Shown here piece after piece: positions 62,340 through 64,000 of a DNA stretch of 64,000 nucleotides. A program made the position numbers and the translations under genes. The stretch lies in NCBI GenBank assembly GCA_050950505.1, contig JBMNHS010000001.1, positions 896,001-960,000 on the forward strand, written 5' to 3'. Positions within the stretch are counted from its first letter, which is position 1. Every line of letters starts with the position of its first letter. The notes below the pieces were generated by a model. It was not told the origin of the DNA. It ran no database searches and saw nothing but the letters and a program-made list of their open reading frames with translations. The DNA comes from Candidatus Methanomethylophilaceae archaeon (GTDB taxonomy: Archaea > Thermoplasmatota > Thermoplasmata > Methanomassiliicoccales > Methanomethylophilaceae).

Positions 62340-63563
62340 ATGAATATCATAGAAGGGGGAATTACCACGCCCGGCGGATTCAAGGCCGCGGGCGTTCACT
62401 GCGGAGTCAAATACCGTTCGTTGGATTTGGGTGTCGTTTATTCGGAATGTCCCGCAAGCGCGTTCATCGGATACACCAGCAACAACGTGAAAGCCGCACC
62501 CGTGCAGATAATGATGGAACAGAACTCGCCGACGCTTTCGGCGGTGGTGGTCAACAGCGGAAACGCAAACGCCCTCACGGGGCGCCGCGGCATAGAGGAC
62601 GCTCTGTCGATGCAATCCACCACGGCAAAAGAATTGGATTTGGAGCCGGAACAGGTCTGCGTTATGTCCACCGGTCTGATCGGCCGTTTCATGGATATGC
62701 ACAAAATCCGCTACGGGATCAGCCGTGCGGTGAAAGAACTGGAATCGGGAAGCGAAGCGGATGCCAAGATGGCCGAGGCAATCATGACCACGGATACCAT
62801 GAAGAAAGAATTCTCGGTAAGCGTGCGTCTGACCGACGGCACCATGGTTTACATCTCCGCCCTCGCCAAAGGCAGCGGGATGATCGCGCCACACATGCGC
62901 GTACTGCAAGGAACGACCCTGTCCATCATAACCACCGACGCCAAACTGTCTCCGGGCTTCGGAAGCAAATGGCAGGAAGTTCTTGACGATACAATGAACA
63001 TGGTCTCCGTCGACGGAGACCAGTCAACGAACGACATGGCCGTGCTCATGGCCAACGGGATGTCGAACAGCGATTACGCCGATGACGACCCGGAGTTCCT
63101 GGAAGCGTTGAAATATCTCATGACCCAGATTGCGAAAGCCATTGCGGTCGACGGAGAAGGTGCGACAAAACTCATAGAAGTCGAAGTCACCGGAGCAAAA
63201 ACCAAGGACGAAGCACGCAAAGTCGCGAAGACTATAATCAATTCGCCTTTGGTGAAATCCGCAATATTCGGATCCGATCCGAATTACGGGCGCATTATGA
63301 TGGCCATCGGAAACAGCGGCAGCGAATTCAACATCGACGAAATGAGACTCATAATCAAAGGAGGGGAGATGGAAGTCCCGATTCTTGACGGAGGCTCCCC
63401 GGTATTCCAGGAAGAACGTTCCGTTGAAGTGGTCCGTATGGCAATGGACAACAAAGAAGTCACCATAATTGTGGATCTGGCCGCCGGCGAGGAGTATGCC
63501 ACGGGATGGGGGTGCGATCTCACTTACGATTACGTGAGAATCAATGCGGAATATGCCACCTGA
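62340..63563 (+). CDS. argJ: ornithine acetyltransferase/N-acetylglutamate synthase
   Basis: NSGNANALTG, STGLIG, AIMTTD, DGEGATK, GCDLTYDYVRINAEYAT. Confidence 0.93.
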   Translation: MNIIEGGITTPGGFKAAGVHCGVKYRSLDLGVVYSECPASAFIGYTSNNVKAAPVQIMMEQNSPTLSAVVVNSGNANALTGRRGIEDALSMQSTTAKELDLEPEQVCVMSTGLIGRFMDMHKIRYGISRAVKELESGSEADAKMAEAIMTTDTMKKEFSVSVRLTDGTMVYISALAKGSGMIAPHMRVLQGTTLSIITTDAKLSPGFGSKWQEVLDDTMNMVSVDGDQSTNDMAVLMANGMSNSDYADDDPEFLEALKYLMTQIAKAIAVDGEGATKLIEVEVTGAKTKDEARKVAKTIINSPLVKSAIFGSDPNYGRIMMAIGNSGSEFNIDEMRLIIKGGEMEVPILDGGSPVFQEERSVEVVRMAMDNKEVTIIVDLAAGEEYATGWGCDLTYDYVRINAEYAT

Positions 63564-63574
63564 GGTTTAGATTC

Positions 63575-64000
63575 ATGTTGTATCTGATAAAATTCGGGGG
63601 CAATGCCATAAGTGACGACGGGGACCTCCGTCGCATCTGCGGCGAAGTCCGCGAGCTGAAAGAATCCGGTTCCGATGTGATACTGGTTCACGGAGGGGGC
63701 CCGGCGATTTCCGCCGCAATGGAGAAAGCAGGGCTGAAACCCGAGAAAGTGAACGGTGTGCGCATAACTGATTCCGAAGGATTGAAAGTGGTCGAAAAGG
63801 TTCTCGGAGAAATCAACCTCAGGGTTTGCGAAACGCTCGATTCTTTGGAAGTTTCCAACAAAGGGATGGCGGCTTATTCCTGCACCCTGTGCAAAAAGAT
63901 TTCCCCGGTCAGTTTCATCGAGGACGGCAAGGAAAAAACCGTCGATTTGGGATTGGTGGGGGAAGTCGACACCGTCGATGCCGAAACGTTGAAAGCATTG
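63575..64000 (+). CDS. argB: acetylglutamate kinase, runs off the window edge
   Basis: Manual translation MLYLIKFGGNA...VILVHGGGPAIS...GVRITD; follows argJ. Confidence 0.9.
   Translation, partial: MLYLIKFGGNAISDDGDLRRICGEVRELKESGSDVILVHGGGPAISAAMEKAGLKPEKVNGVRITDSEGLKVVEKVLGEINLRVCETLDSLEVSNKGMAAYSCTLCKKISPVSFIEDGKEKTVDLGLVGEVDTVDAETLKAL

Overview
Chromosomal window from a methylotrophic, Thermoplasmata-related methanogen, most likely Methanomassiliicoccales. This is inferred from archaeal TgtA, Hel308, LonB, EgsA, KEOPS subunits, HMG-CoA synthase/thiolase/DUF35 and corrinoid/MtaA methyltransferases. Left to right: an OpuA/ProVW osmoprotectant ABC transporter; an AT-rich, bacterial-type I-E CRISPR-Cas locus (cas3-cse1-cse2-cas7-cas5-cas6-cas1-cas2/DEDDh plus a 35-repeat array); tRNA-Pro(CGG); aconitase; a regulator-MFS-corrinoid-2xMtaA methyl-transfer cluster; and housekeeping genes (mevalonate, thr, leu, arg, NAD, bacterial-type thiamine cluster, ThrRS). 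Main observations: (1) cas3 has a single in-frame TAG inside its HD nuclease domain while none of the 59 complete genes I checked ends in TAG, suggesting pyrrolysine-dependent Cas3. (2) The array switches abruptly from 13 old spacers of exactly 33 nt to 21 newer spacers of 29-41 nt, next to a Cas2 whose DnaQ domain looks catalytically dead. (3) A Leu-rich leader peptide precedes the leu operon. (4) A palindromic operator is shared by three promoters of the MtxB-less methyl-transfer cluster. (5) The thiolase lacks its catalytic residues. All calls are from manual reading and motif recognition; no database searches were run.
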